Part shown: positions 39,625 to 49,493 of the stretch, in pieces
Numbering within the stretch: the first letter of the stretch is position 1
How the letters are laid out: each line of letters opens with the position of its first letter
Assembly: GCA_965204755.1 (NCBI GenBank)
Contig: OZ242011.1
Span: 416,001 to 480,000 of the forward strand
Source: Candidatus Marinacidobacterium sp.
Lineage (GTDB): Bacteria; Acidobacteriota; Vicinamibacteria; Marinacidobacterales; Marinacidobacteraceae
Direction: 5' to 3'
DNA length: 64,000 nt
The notes under the pieces: generated by a model
What the model saw: the letters and a program-made list of their open reading frames with translations, nothing else
Told to the model about the DNA's origin: nothing
Database searches by the model: none
Made by a program: the position numbers and the translations under genes

Positions 39625-40881
39625 TTGCTCGAACGCCTCACGGTCCGCGGCTTCAAGTCGCTGCGCGATGTCACCTTCGAGCCGGCGGCCGGCCTGTCCG
39701 TGCTCTTCGGTCCCAACGCGGCGGGAAAGAGCAACCTGCTCGAAGCCATCCAGGCGCTCTCCGCCATGGCGGAGTCCCGCACGCTCCGGGATGTCCTCGG
39801 GCCTCCACTCCCGGTACGCGGGCATACCATCGAATCCTTCGCCTTCCCGCCCGGCGCGATCCCCGCCCTCTTCAACGACAACGGCCCCGGCCCGGTCCTG
39901 ACCCTGGAAGCCGACCTCGTGTCCGCGGCCGGCGCCTATCGCTATCGAATATCCCCCCGGCTGCACCCGGCCTCCGGCCGCCTCGGCGTCGCGGACGAGT
40001 ACCTCGGCAAGAGACCGGCAAAGGGGCGAGCGCTTCGGCCGGCCATCGAGGCCCGGGACGGCCGACTCCATATTCGCCGCAACGGCCGCCTGACCCACCC
40101 TCCACGAAACGGTCTCGAGTCGAACCGCGCCGTTCTCTCCGACCACGGTCTTTCTGGCGCCGGGTACGAGTGGTTGGACGCCGTCCGGAACGAACTCGCG
40201 GATTGGCGCATCTACTCGCTCGCTCCGCGTTTCCGGATGCGCAACGAGCAGTCAATCGCAGATGTCGTCGACATCGGACACTTCGGTGAAGATATCTGTC
40301 CGTTCCTGTACAAACTCCGCGGCCTGTTCCCCAAACACTACGAACAGGTCTCCCGCCTGCTCCACCAGTGCGTTCCGGAAATCGAGAGACTGGATATCCT
40401 GGTGAACGAAGTTCGCGGGACGCTCGACTTGACCGTCTTCCAATCCGGTATCCGGTATTTCTCCCGGGTCATGTCGGAAGGGACGCTCCGCGCCATCGCC
40501 TACTGCGCCATCGCGGTGAATCCTTGGGCAAGCGGCGGTCTCGTCGCGGTGGAAGAGCCCGAGAATGGCATCCACCCCCAGCGTCTGGAAATGATCGCCC
40601 GCCTCCTTCTCTCCCTCGCGGAAAAAGGCGGAAAACAGGTCATCGTCGCCACGCACTCGCCGCTGTTCGTCAGCACGATCGCGGCGGCCAAGAGACGATC
40701 CCGCGATCCGGACGGAATCGGTCTGTTCCAAGTGCGTTTCGAAGACGAACAGACCGTCATCGAATCCATCGAGATTCCCGATTCCGTGTTCGAGAACGAA
40801 GAGGTCGCCTCTTCGCTCTCCGACCGCGGGGAGCAGAGCGTGGTCGAGGGCCTGCTCCTTCGCGGGATGTTGAGTGCCTGA
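39625..40881 (+). CDS. ABC-type (AAA_21-like) ATPase, copy 2
   Basis: Same N-terminus LERLTVRGFKSLRDVTFEP; GPNAAGKS, MSEGTLR, VEEPENGIHP, ATHSP. Confidence 0.88.
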   Translation: MLERLTVRGFKSLRDVTFEPAAGLSVLFGPNAAGKSNLLEAIQALSAMAESRTLRDVLGPPLPVRGHTIESFAFPPGAIPALFNDNGPGPVLTLEADLVSAAGAYRYRISPRLHPASGRLGVADEYLGKRPAKGRALRPAIEARDGRLHIRRNGRLTHPPRNGLESNRAVLSDHGLSGAGYEWLDAVRNELADWRIYSLAPRFRMRNEQSIADVVDIGHFGEDICPFLYKLRGLFPKHYEQVSRLLHQCVPEIERLDILVNEVRGTLDLTVFQSGIRYFSRVMSEGTLRAIAYCAIAVNPWASGGLVAVEEPENGIHPQRLEMIARLLLSLAEKGGKQVIVATHSPLFVSTIAAAKRRSRDPDGIGLFQVRFEDEQTVIESIEIPDSVFENEEVASSLSDRGEQSVVEGLLLRGMLSA

Positions 40882-41509
40882 CGGCTTTCGCGTCGCCCTC
40901 TTCGCGGAGGACGCGGCGCACCGGGCCTTCCTGGAGCCGATGTTGCGCCGCGTCGCCGCCGAAGAGTCGGTGTCCGTGCGGATCGCCATCATATCCGCGT
41001 TGGGTGGTCACCCGAGAGCGATGAGGGAGTTCGGGGCTTGGCATACGAATTGGACCGAGCGCCGAACTTCCGCGACCGAGGCGGACATCGTCGTGGTTGC
41101 CATAGACGGGAACTGTTCGACCTTCCGGGAGACTCGGGAGCGCATCAGGAACGCGGCATCGGCGGAGATCCGGGACCGGGTCGTCGCCGCCTGCCCTGAT
41201 CCGCACATCGAGAGATGGTTCATGGCCGATCCTGCTTCCTTCGCTCGCGTCGTCGGCGCCAGCCCCGTACTGGGTCCCGAGAAGTGCGAACGGGAGCATT
41301 ACAAGACGATCCTGTCCCGCGCGGTCAGCGGCGCCGGCTCGAGCCTGCGCCTGGACCTGGACGGCGCCGAGTTGGCGCCGGATCTCGCCGGGGACATGAG
41401 TCTGTATCGCGCCGGCAAGAACTGCCCGTCCCTCGGGGCGTTCGTCCGGGACTTGCGCAACCTGCTGAAACGGCTCGCGGCGCAGTCCCCGACGGGTCGA
41501 GGCGCGTAG
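40874..41509 (+). CDS. DUF4276/TOPRIM-like putative nuclease, copy 2 (intact)
   Basis: FAEDAAH, VAIDGNC, CPDPHIERWFMAD; overlaps the ATPase stop. Confidence 0.72.
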   Translation: MPDGFRVALFAEDAAHRAFLEPMLRRVAAEESVSVRIAIISALGGHPRAMREFGAWHTNWTERRTSATEADIVVVAIDGNCSTFRETRERIRNAASAEIRDRVVAACPDPHIERWFMADPASFARVVGASPVLGPEKCEREHYKTILSRAVSGAGSSLRLDLDGAELAPDLAGDMSLYRAGKNCPSLGAFVRDLRNLLKRLAAQSPTGRGA

Positions 41510-41565
41510 CGAACGCGCCCCCGACCGGCCGGCGCGCGGGGGAGCGCTGGCCGGCGGGATTCAGG

Positions 41566-43668
41566 TCAGTTGCCGCCCTCGTCGGTTTCGGCGGTGTCCT
41601 CGTCGGTTTCGGATTCCGGGGCGGTCTCCCATTCGTAGTCCAGGCCGCGGACATGGCGTTCGAACCAATCGATCTCCACATTGACCTTGAAGAGTTCGTG
41701 GCGGAGTTCGCGCCAGCCGTGGGGCTCCCTCGGCGCGATGTAGAGGTGCGTGTCCACGCCGTTCGTCTTGAGCGCCCGGTAGAGTTCGACGGACTGCGGC
41801 GGCGGGACTCGGACATCGTTCTCGCCCACGAGGACGATGGTGGGCGTGGTCACCTTGTAGATGTCCTTGAGCGGGGAATGGCCCCAGTAGGTGTCGATCG
41901 GGGCGTCCTCCTGCCAGGGCGTGCCGCCGAACCAGGGCGTGCGGTAGATGCGCACATCGCTCTGGCCGTACATGGAGATCCAGTTCACCGCGCCCGCGCC
42001 GGAACTCGCCGCCTTGAAGCGGTCGGTGTGGGTGATGATCTTGTTCGTCATGTGGCCGCCGCCGCTCCAGCCCATCTTGGCCATGCGGTCGCCGTCGGCG
42101 ATTCCTTCGGCGATCAGGTAGTCCACGCCGGTCATCACATCGAGGTGCGCCTGGTGGAAGTAGTGGCCGACCATGTCCCGGAGGAAGTCGTCGCCGTAGC
42201 CGGTGCTGCCCCGGTAGTTCGGTTTGAAGACCGCGTAGCCCCGCGCCGCCAGCACCTGGACATAACTGCTCCACCGGCCGAAGCCGAACTTGTCCGAAGC
42301 GGCCGGGCCGCCGTGCGTCTGGACGACGATCGGGTACCGCTGCCCTTCCTCGTAGCCGAGCGGCAGGTAGAGGATTCCCTCCACTTCGACGCCGTCTTCG
42401 CCCGGCCAGCGGACCGCCTTCTGGATCGGCAGTTCGAAGGTTTCGTCCAGGTAGTCGAAGACGGAAGTGACCTTGGTCATCCCGCCTCCTTCGGCCGGGA
42501 GGCGGTGGATGTCCCCGGCGTTCTCCCGGGTGTTGACGCCGAAGACATGGGCGCCGGCGGCGGCGCTGAAACTCCAGCCGCCGATGCTGTGGTCGCCGGC
42601 GGTGAGCGCGGTCGGCTCGGCGTCGTCCACGCCGCCGTGGAAGAGTTCCGTCCGGATACCGGTGTTCGCCGTGAAGTAGATGGTTCCGTCCGGCGCCCAG
42701 CGGGCGGAGGTCACTTCGTGCGGCATCGCCTCGTAGAGCATCCGGTGCGGGCCGCCGGCGGCGGGGACGAGGAAGATGTTGTCGTTGAAGTAGGTCTCGA
42801 AGTCGGCGCTCGAATCCGAGAGGAACATCACCGCGCTCCCGTCCGGCGAGATCTCGGCGCCGCGCTCCGCCACCGTGTTGTCGGTGAGTCGGAGCGCGCC
42901 GCTCCCGTCGGCGTCCATGATCCAGACTTCGCCTTCGTCGCGGTTGTCGACCAGCGGGGTCGGCGCGCGCGAGTGCGCGACCCGGGCGCCGTCGGTCGAG
43001 AGGCGGAACTCGAGCACCGAGTAGTCACCTTCGGTGATCCGCTCGGCGGCGCTTTCCGCGCCGGGGCTCGCGGCGATGCGCCACAGGTGGCGCTGCTTGT
43101 AGTCCTCGTCGAAGGCGAAGACATCGTCCTGGAGGTCGTCCTTCTTCTTCTCTTCGGGGGTCTTGGGGTCGGGGGCGATGAAGTAGATCCAGGCGCCGTC
43201 CGGCGAGAAGGCGAACGACGAAACGGAACTCTCGTGCTCGGTGAGCGGCGACGCTTCGCCGCCCCGGTTGCGCATGACGAAGACCTGGGTGAACGGGCTC
43301 TCCCCGCGGCGCGCCAGGAAAGCGACGCGCGAACCGTCCGGCGACCAGCGGGGGCTCGACTCGCCGTGTTCGCCGTTGGTGAGCCGCACATCGCCGCTGC
43401 CGTCGGCTTCGATCCGGTGGATGTGCGTCGTGCGTCCGTTCTTCTTCCAGTCGGTGTCCGACCGGGTGTAGAGCAACTGCGAACCGTCGGGAGACAGCCG
43501 CGGGCTGCCCACGCCGGGGACATCGAGCAACTCCACGATGGTCATCGGACGCTTGGCCTGCGGGGCGGCTAGCGCCGAGGACGCGAGCGGAACGAGCGCG
43601 AACGCCGCTGTCGCGGCGACCGCCGCGCGAGCGGTAAGGGAACGGGAAACGGAACGGAACGGGACCAT
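41566..43668 (-). CDS. S9 prolyl oligopeptidase-family peptidase with beta-propeller
   Basis: SPDG repeats, HGGP, NYRGSTGYG, GWSGGG nucleophile, GENDVRV, EPHG. Confidence 0.92.
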   Translation of the reverse strand: MVPFRSVSRSLTARAAVAATAAFALVPLASSALAAPQAKRPMTIVELLDVPGVGSPRLSPDGSQLLYTRSDTDWKKNGRTTHIHRIEADGSGDVRLTNGEHGESSPRWSPDGSRVAFLARRGESPFTQVFVMRNRGGEASPLTEHESSVSSFAFSPDGAWIYFIAPDPKTPEEKKKDDLQDDVFAFDEDYKQRHLWRIAASPGAESAAERITEGDYSVLEFRLSTDGARVAHSRAPTPLVDNRDEGEVWIMDADGSGALRLTDNTVAERGAEISPDGSAVMFLSDSSADFETYFNDNIFLVPAAGGPHRMLYEAMPHEVTSARWAPDGTIYFTANTGIRTELFHGGVDDAEPTALTAGDHSIGGWSFSAAAGAHVFGVNTRENAGDIHRLPAEGGGMTKVTSVFDYLDETFELPIQKAVRWPGEDGVEVEGILYLPLGYEEGQRYPIVVQTHGGPAASDKFGFGRWSSYVQVLAARGYAVFKPNYRGSTGYGDDFLRDMVGHYFHQAHLDVMTGVDYLIAEGIADGDRMAKMGWSGGGHMTNKIITHTDRFKAASSGAGAVNWISMYGQSDVRIYRTPWFGGTPWQEDAPIDTYWGHSPLKDIYKVTTPTIVLVGENDVRVPPPQSVELYRALKTNGVDTHLYIAPREPHGWRELRHELFKVNVEIDWFERHVRGLDYEWETAPESETDEDTAETDEGGN

Positions 43669-43758
43669 GGAAAAGCCCTCCTTCGGTGCGGATTCTCCCG
43701 CGCCGGGCGCGGCGCTTCAACCGCGCGCCGCTAGAATCGCCGAAACGGGCGGGGCCGG

Positions 43759-44817
43759 ATGCGAGTCGGAATCACGGGCGCGACCGGGCTCGTCGGGCGC
43801 GCGCTGATCCGCGAGTTGCTGGGCGCCGGGGCGGAAGACGCCGGCGCGGAAGGCGCCGGCGCGAAGGACGTCGGCGGGACGCCCGCCGGGTGGCGCGTCA
43901 CCGCCCTGACCCGGAGCGACGCCCGCCCGGCCGGATTGCCCGCCGAAGTCGAGACCGCGCGCTGGGATCCGCTCGGCGGCCCTCTCGGCGGCGCTGACGC
44001 CTCGCTCGACCGCGCCCTCGGCGAACTGGACGCGGTCGTCCACCTGGCCGGCGAACCAGTCGGCAAGCGCTGGACTGAGGAGCGGAAGCGCCGGATCCGC
44101 GAGAGCAGGCTCCGGGGGACGGCGACCCTAGTCGCCGCGCTCGGGCGCGCCCGGACCGGAACGGGCTCCGGCGGGTCGGACTCCGGCGGGTCGGACTCCC
44201 CCGGCGGCGAGAACGGCGGCCCTTCGCGGCTGCTCGCCGCCTCCGCCGTCGGCTACTACGGCGCCCGGGGGGACGAGGAACTCGACGAAGACGCCGCGCC
44301 CGGCGAAGGGTTCCTGACCGAGGTCTGCCTCGCCTGGGAGGCGGAGACCGCCGCCGCCCGTGAACACGGCGTGGAGACGGCGTCGCTCCGGCTGGGACTG
44401 GTGCTCGCCCCGGACGGCGGCGCGCTGGCGCGGATGCTGCCGCCCTTCCGGTTCGGCCTCGGCGGACGGCTCGGCGACGGCCGCCAGCGGATGCCCTGGA
44501 TCCACCTCGAGGATGTGGCCCGCGCCTTCCGCTTCCTGCTCGAAGCGCCCGCCGGTTCGCTCGCCCCGACCTACAACCTGACCGCGCCGGCGCCGGCGAC
44601 GAACGCGGAGTTCACCCGCGCCCTCGGCCGGGCGCTCCGCCGGCCCACGCCGTTCCCGGCGCCGGGCTTCGCGCTGCGCCTCGCCCTCGGCGAGATGGCT
44701 GACGCGCTCCTGCTCAGCGGACAACGGGCCGTCCCGAAGCGACTCCTCGACTCCGGTTTCGACTTCCGCCACCGATCCCTCGACGCCGCCCTCGAGAGCC
44801 TGCTCGGCCGGCGCTGA
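43759..44817 (+). CDS. TIGR01777/YfcH-family NAD-dependent epimerase-like oxidoreductase
   Basis: ITGATGLVG, VHLAGEP, SAVGYYG, WE, PWIHLED. Confidence 0.9.
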   Translation: MRVGITGATGLVGRALIRELLGAGAEDAGAEGAGAKDVGGTPAGWRVTALTRSDARPAGLPAEVETARWDPLGGPLGGADASLDRALGELDAVVHLAGEPVGKRWTEERKRRIRESRLRGTATLVAALGRARTGTGSGGSDSGGSDSPGGENGGPSRLLAASAVGYYGARGDEELDEDAAPGEGFLTEVCLAWEAETAAAREHGVETASLRLGLVLAPDGGALARMLPPFRFGLGGRLGDGRQRMPWIHLEDVARAFRFLLEAPAGSLAPTYNLTAPAPATNAEFTRALGRALRRPTPFPAPGFALRLALGEMADALLLSGQRAVPKRLLDSGFDFRHRSLDAALESLLGRR

Positions 44818-44839
44818 CCCGGCCCGTCCGACCCGCCCG

Positions 44840-47194
44840 TTGCCGAAGCGACGCGCCCCGGCGGCCGGCCGGAAGAAACTCTCCCGCCGCCGACGGGCCG
44901 GGGGCGGCGGGCGCGCCCTGGCGCGCGGCATCCTGCTCGGCGCGCTGTTCACCGGCGCGGCGGTCACCGGCGTGATCCTCGGCCTGCTCGCCGCCTACCA
45001 GAGCGATGTGGGGGTCATCGAGCGGATCGAACAGGCCCTCGACCGCGAGGGCGCCACCACCTTCGTCTACGACCGCCACGGGACGGAGATCGGGCAGTTC
45101 CGCAGCGAGGACCAGCGCCGGATCGTCCTCGAATACGAGGCGCTGCCGAAACACCTGCGCGACGCGCTGGTCGCCTCCGAGGACAAGCGGTTCTGGGCGC
45201 ACCACGGGTTCGACCCGATCGGGATCGTCCGCGCCGCCTGGCGGAACTTCCGATCCGGGCGGACGGTGCAGGGCGCGAGCACGATCACCCAGCAGGTGGC
45301 CCGCGAACTGTTCGACGAACGCGCCCCGACCATCGAACGCAAGATCCGCGAAGCCATCACCGCCGCCGAGATCGAGCGGGCGTACACCAAGCAGGAGATC
45401 CTCACCCACTACGCCAACCTGGTCCACCTCGGCAACAGCAACGACGGGGTGGGCGCGGCGGCGGCCGACTACTTCGACAAGAGCGCCTCCGAACTCACCG
45501 TGGGCGAGGCGGCGATGCTGGTCGGCATCGCCCCGAACCCCGCCCGCTACAACCCGTTCCGCAGCGTGGAGGAAGCCGCGCGGCAGCGCGACCGGGTGGT
45601 CGGCCGCATGTTGGCCGAGGACTTCCTGACCGAGGAAGAGGCGGAAGCGGCCCGCTCCGAGCCGGTGCGCCTACGCCCCCGGGGAGGCAACCGGCTGGGC
45701 GCGCATTTCCTGGAGATGGTGCGGCTGCGCCTCCGGCGGGACTACGGCGGGGCGCGGACCCGGGAAGGCGGCCTCCGGGTGTACACCACGCTCGACGCCG
45801 GGATGCAGGACTCCGCCGAGCGGGCGGTGGCGCGGGCGCTCCGGGCCCACGACAAGCGGCGCGGGTTCCGGGGATTCGAGCGCAACCTGCTCGACGAAGG
45901 GCTCGCGATCGAGGACTTCGCCACCGGTTCGCGGGGAGCGCCGGCGGCGCCGGGGGCCATCCTCCCCGGCGTCGTAACCGAAGCCGGCCGCCATCCGCGG
46001 GTCCGCATCGGCGGGCGGACCGCCTGCGTGGACGCCGGCTCGCTGGCGTGGACCCACCGGCCCGCGGAGCGCCTGTTCCGGGTCGGCGATGTGAGCCCCT
46101 TCCGCATCCTGTCGCCGGACGACGAGACTTCCTCCCTGCCCCCGGAGTGCGGACTCCTGTGGAAGGTCGCGCTCGAACAGGAGCCGCAGGCGGAGGGCGC
46201 CTTCGTCGCGCTCGAGACCGGCACCGGGGCGCTCCGGGCGCTGGTCGGCGGCTTCGACTTCGACCGGAGCGAGTTCAACCGGGCGACGCAGGCCCGCCGC
46301 CAGGCCGGCTCCTCGTTCAAGCCGTTCGCCTACGGGGCGGCGCTGGCCAGCGGCCGGTTCTCGACCGCGTCGCTGCTCTTCGACCAGCCGTTCTCCTACA
46401 CCGACCCGGTGACCCGGGCGGTGTACGAGCCCCACAACTACGACGAGGAGCACCTCGGCTGGATCACGCTGCGCCGGGCGTTCGAGGGGTCGCGGAATGT
46501 GCCGGCGGTGCGGATGGTCCACGAACTCGGCCCGGAGCGGGTCGCCGAGTTCGCGAAGCGCCTCGGCATCTCCGGCGACCTGCTCCCGGTGCTCTCCATC
46601 ACCCTCGGGGCCGCCGATGTCTCGCTCCAGGAGATGGTCTCCGCGTACGGCGCGTTCCCGAACCAGGGCGTGCGCATGAAGCCCTACTTCATCACCCGGA
46701 TCACCGACCGGGAGGGCCGCGAACTCGAAGCGTTCCACCCCGAGACCGCTTCGGTGATCCGCGCCGACCTGGCCTATGTCCTGACGCACCTGCTCGAGGG
46801 CGTGGTGCAGCGGGGCACGGCGGTGTCCGCCCGGCGGCTGGGACGGCCCATCGCCGGGAAGACCGGCACCACGAACGACTTCACCGACGCCTGGTTCATC
46901 GGGTTCGACACCGAGTTGGCGGCGGGCGTCTGGGTCGGGCACGACCAGCCGAGCCTCACCCTCGGCGACAAGGAGAGCGGCGCCCGGGTGGCGCTCCCGG
47001 CCTGGACCTGGTTCATGGAGGAAGCGCGCGCCGGGGCGCCGGCGACCCCGTTCCCGGCGCCGCGCAATGTGGCGCTCGTCCCCGTGGACCTCGAGAGCGG
47101 CCAGCCGGCCCCCGCCGGCCCGAACACCATCCTGGAAGCGTTCCTCCCCGGCACCGAGCCCGCCACCGGCGGCAACAACGACGACGACCGGTAA
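44840..47194 (+). CDS. mrcA: Penicillin-binding protein 1A
   Basis: EDKRFWAHHG, GASTITQQ, RKIRE transglycosylase motifs; GSSFKP, SRN, KTGT transpeptidase motifs. Confidence 0.9.
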   Translation: MPKRRAPAAGRKKLSRRRRAGGGGRALARGILLGALFTGAAVTGVILGLLAAYQSDVGVIERIEQALDREGATTFVYDRHGTEIGQFRSEDQRRIVLEYEALPKHLRDALVASEDKRFWAHHGFDPIGIVRAAWRNFRSGRTVQGASTITQQVARELFDERAPTIERKIREAITAAEIERAYTKQEILTHYANLVHLGNSNDGVGAAAADYFDKSASELTVGEAAMLVGIAPNPARYNPFRSVEEAARQRDRVVGRMLAEDFLTEEEAEAARSEPVRLRPRGGNRLGAHFLEMVRLRLRRDYGGARTREGGLRVYTTLDAGMQDSAERAVARALRAHDKRRGFRGFERNLLDEGLAIEDFATGSRGAPAAPGAILPGVVTEAGRHPRVRIGGRTACVDAGSLAWTHRPAERLFRVGDVSPFRILSPDDETSSLPPECGLLWKVALEQEPQAEGAFVALETGTGALRALVGGFDFDRSEFNRATQARRQAGSSFKPFAYGAALASGRFSTASLLFDQPFSYTDPVTRAVYEPHNYDEEHLGWITLRRAFEGSRNVPAVRMVHELGPERVAEFAKRLGISGDLLPVLSITLGAADVSLQEMVSAYGAFPNQGVRMKPYFITRITDREGRELEAFHPETASVIRADLAYVLTHLLEGVVQRGTAVSARRLGRPIAGKTGTTNDFTDAWFIGFDTELAAGVWVGHDQPSLTLGDKESGARVALPAWTWFMEEARAGAPATPFPAPRNVALVPVDLESGQPAPAGPNTILEAFLPGTEPATGGNNDDDR

Positions 47195-47242
47195 CCGCCG
47201 CCCCGCCGGACGCCGCCCCGCTCCCCCCATCGAAAGGGCCCC

Positions 47243-47860
47243 ATGAACAAACGAACCGTCCTGCTCGGCTGCGGCGGCGCGCTGGCCGCGCTGCTGGTGG
47301 TCGGCGCCGTCCTGTTCTCTTCGCTGACCTCGACCTACAACTCGCTGGTGACGCTCGACGAAGCGGTGAAGGCCGGCTGGTCGCAGGTCGAGAATGTGTA
47401 CCAGCGCCGCTCCGACCTGATCCCGAACCTGGTGAACACCGTCCAAGGCGCCGCCGACTTCGAGCGGGAGACGCTCGAGGCGGTGGTCAGCGCCCGGTCG
47501 CGGGCCACCGGGGTGCAGGTCTCGGCGGCGGACTTGAACGACCCGCAGGCGCTCGCCCGGTTCCAGGCGGCGCAGGGCGCGCTCTCCGGGGCGCTCTCCC
47601 GGCTCATGGTCGTCGTCGAGCGGTACCCGGACATCAAGGCCAACCAGAACTTCCTGAGCCTCCAGGACGAGTTGGCGGGGACGGAGAACCGGATCGCCGT
47701 GGAGCGCCGCCGGTTCAACGAGGCCGCGCAGGCCTACAACACCCGGCGGCGCCGGTTCTTCGCCCGGATCGTGGCCGGGTGGTTCGACTTCGGGGAGGCG
47801 GCCTACTTCGAGGCCGAGGAAGGCGCGGAGGCGCCGCCGGAAGTGGACTTCTCCCGTTGA
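47243..47860 (+). CDS. lemA: LemA family protein
   Basis: YN.LV..DE, QRRSDLIPNLV, ERYPDIKANQNF, ENRIAVERRRFN. Confidence 0.93.
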   Translation: MNKRTVLLGCGGALAALLVVGAVLFSSLTSTYNSLVTLDEAVKAGWSQVENVYQRRSDLIPNLVNTVQGAADFERETLEAVVSARSRATGVQVSAADLNDPQALARFQAAQGALSGALSRLMVVVERYPDIKANQNFLSLQDELAGTENRIAVERRRFNEAAQAYNTRRRRFFARIVAGWFDFGEAAYFEAEEGAEAPPEVDFSR

Positions 47861-48792
47861 GGACCCGCCTCCCGGCGGGGCTGCGCCCGCCGCTCCTCGC
47901 CGCGCCGGCGCTGATCCTGGCGGCCGCCGCTCCGCCCGCCGCCCAGGAGCCGGGCCCGGAGACCGCGTTCCCCGAACTCACCGGGCGGGTGGTGGACTCC
48001 GCCGGCATCCTCTCTCCCGAGGACCGGGCCTCGCTGGAAGCGACCCTCGCGCAGTTGGAGCGGGACACCACCGTCCAGGTCGTGGTCGCCAGCGTGCCCC
48101 GGATCGAAGGCGCCATCGAGGACTACTCGCTGCGGCTCGCCGAGCACTGGGGGATCGGGCAGGCCGAGACCGACAACGGGGCGCTCGTCCTCGTCTCGAT
48201 CGAGGATCGGCGGGCGCGGATCGAGGTCGGCTACGGGCTCGAAGGGGCGATCCCGGACGGGCTGGCCGGCCGCATCATCCGGAACGAACTGGCGCCCCGC
48301 TTCGCCTCCGGCGAGTACGCCTCCGGCCTCGCCGCGACGGCCCTGGCGCTCGGCCAGGCCGCGCGCGGCGAGTACCGCGCCGCCGCCGCTCCGGCGGGCC
48401 CGGGCGCCCAAGGCCGGCGCGGAAACCGTTCGCGCGCCTGGCCGCTGCTCTTCTTCGGCGCCTTCATCGTCCTGCAGTTGCTCGGCTATGTCGGGAACGC
48501 CTTCCATCCGGCGGGGGCGGCGGCGCTCGGCGGCGGGTTGGCGGCGCTGCTCGGCCTCCTGCTGCTCGGCGGGCTGGCCTCGCTCTGGCTGGCGCCGGTC
48601 GGACTCCTCGCCGGATTCGGCGCCACCGCCTTCACCCGCGCCACCGCCGGGCGGGCCTCCGGCTGGGGCTACGCCGGCGTGCCGGGGGGCGGCGGCGTGG
48701 CCTTCCGCGGCGGAGGCTTCGGGGGCGGCTTCTCCGGTTTCGCCGGGGGCGGCGGCGGTTTCGGCGGCGGCGGCGCCAGCGGGAGTTGGTGA
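47857..48792 (+). CDS. TPM-domain membrane protein (YgcG-like)
   Basis: GRVVDSAGIL, WGIG..DNG, RIEVGYGLEGAIPD, Gly-rich tail GGGGFGGGGASGSW. Start inferred. Confidence 0.88.
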   Translation: MRTRLPAGLRPPLLAAPALILAAAAPPAAQEPGPETAFPELTGRVVDSAGILSPEDRASLEATLAQLERDTTVQVVVASVPRIEGAIEDYSLRLAEHWGIGQAETDNGALVLVSIEDRRARIEVGYGLEGAIPDGLAGRIIRNELAPRFASGEYASGLAATALALGQAARGEYRAAAAPAGPGAQGRRGNRSRAWPLLFFGAFIVLQLLGYVGNAFHPAGAAALGGGLAALLGLLLLGGLASLWLAPVGLLAGFGATAFTRATAGRASGWGYAGVPGGGGVAFRGGGFGGGFSGFAGGGGGFGGGGASGSW

Positions 48793-48826
48793 GGCCCATG
48801 ACCGCAACCGAACGGAATCCCTCCCG

Positions 48827-49279
48827 ATGAGGGTCCCGCGCGCGCTCCGGGCGCACCTCTCCGAAGAAGACCTCGACCGCATCGCCGCCGCCATCGGCGA
48901 AGCGGAGCGGGAGACCTCGGGCGAACTCCGGGTCCATGTGGTCGCGCGCCTCCTGCCCTTCGAGAAGCCGCGCCGCCGGGCGATCCGCGAGTTCTTCTCG
49001 CTGGGCGTGGACCGGACGAAGGACGGCTCCGGGGTCCTGCTGTTCCTCGCGGTGAAGTCCGGCCGGTTCGAGATCGTGGCCGACCGGGCGATCGACGAAA
49101 AGGTGGGAACCGACGCCTGGAACGGGATCGCCGCCGAGATCACCGAGCACATCCGGGAGAACGGGATCGCCGACGGCCTCGAACACGGCGTCCGCCGGAT
49201 CGGCGCCTTCCTGAAGTCCCACTTCCCGATCCAGCCGGACGATGTGAACGAACTCCCGGACGAAGTGACCTTCGGGTGA
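48827..49279 (+). CDS. TPM-domain protein (DUF477-like, short)
   Basis: AERETSGELRVH, GVLLFL, ADRAID, HFP..NELPD. Confidence 0.88.
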   Translation: MRVPRALRAHLSEEDLDRIAAAIGEAERETSGELRVHVVARLLPFEKPRRRAIREFFSLGVDRTKDGSGVLLFLAVKSGRFEIVADRAIDEKVGTDAWNGIAAEITEHIRENGIADGLEHGVRRIGAFLKSHFPIQPDDVNELPDEVTFG

Positions 49280-49493
49280 TCCCCGGAGGATCTGCGGGAG
49301 ACCGACTCAACCATGAACGAATCGCACGGCGCGCAAATCGTTGCTTCCCATGACCTTTCCAGTTATCTGACCGGCGACGGCTCAACTTCCGGCGGGCCGG
49401 GCGCGGCTCCCGCCCTCCGCCGGCCGGCGGCGCGGCTACTATCCCCGCTGCCCGCCGGCCCCTCCCCGGGCGGGAAGGAGCGTTCCGCGTCCC

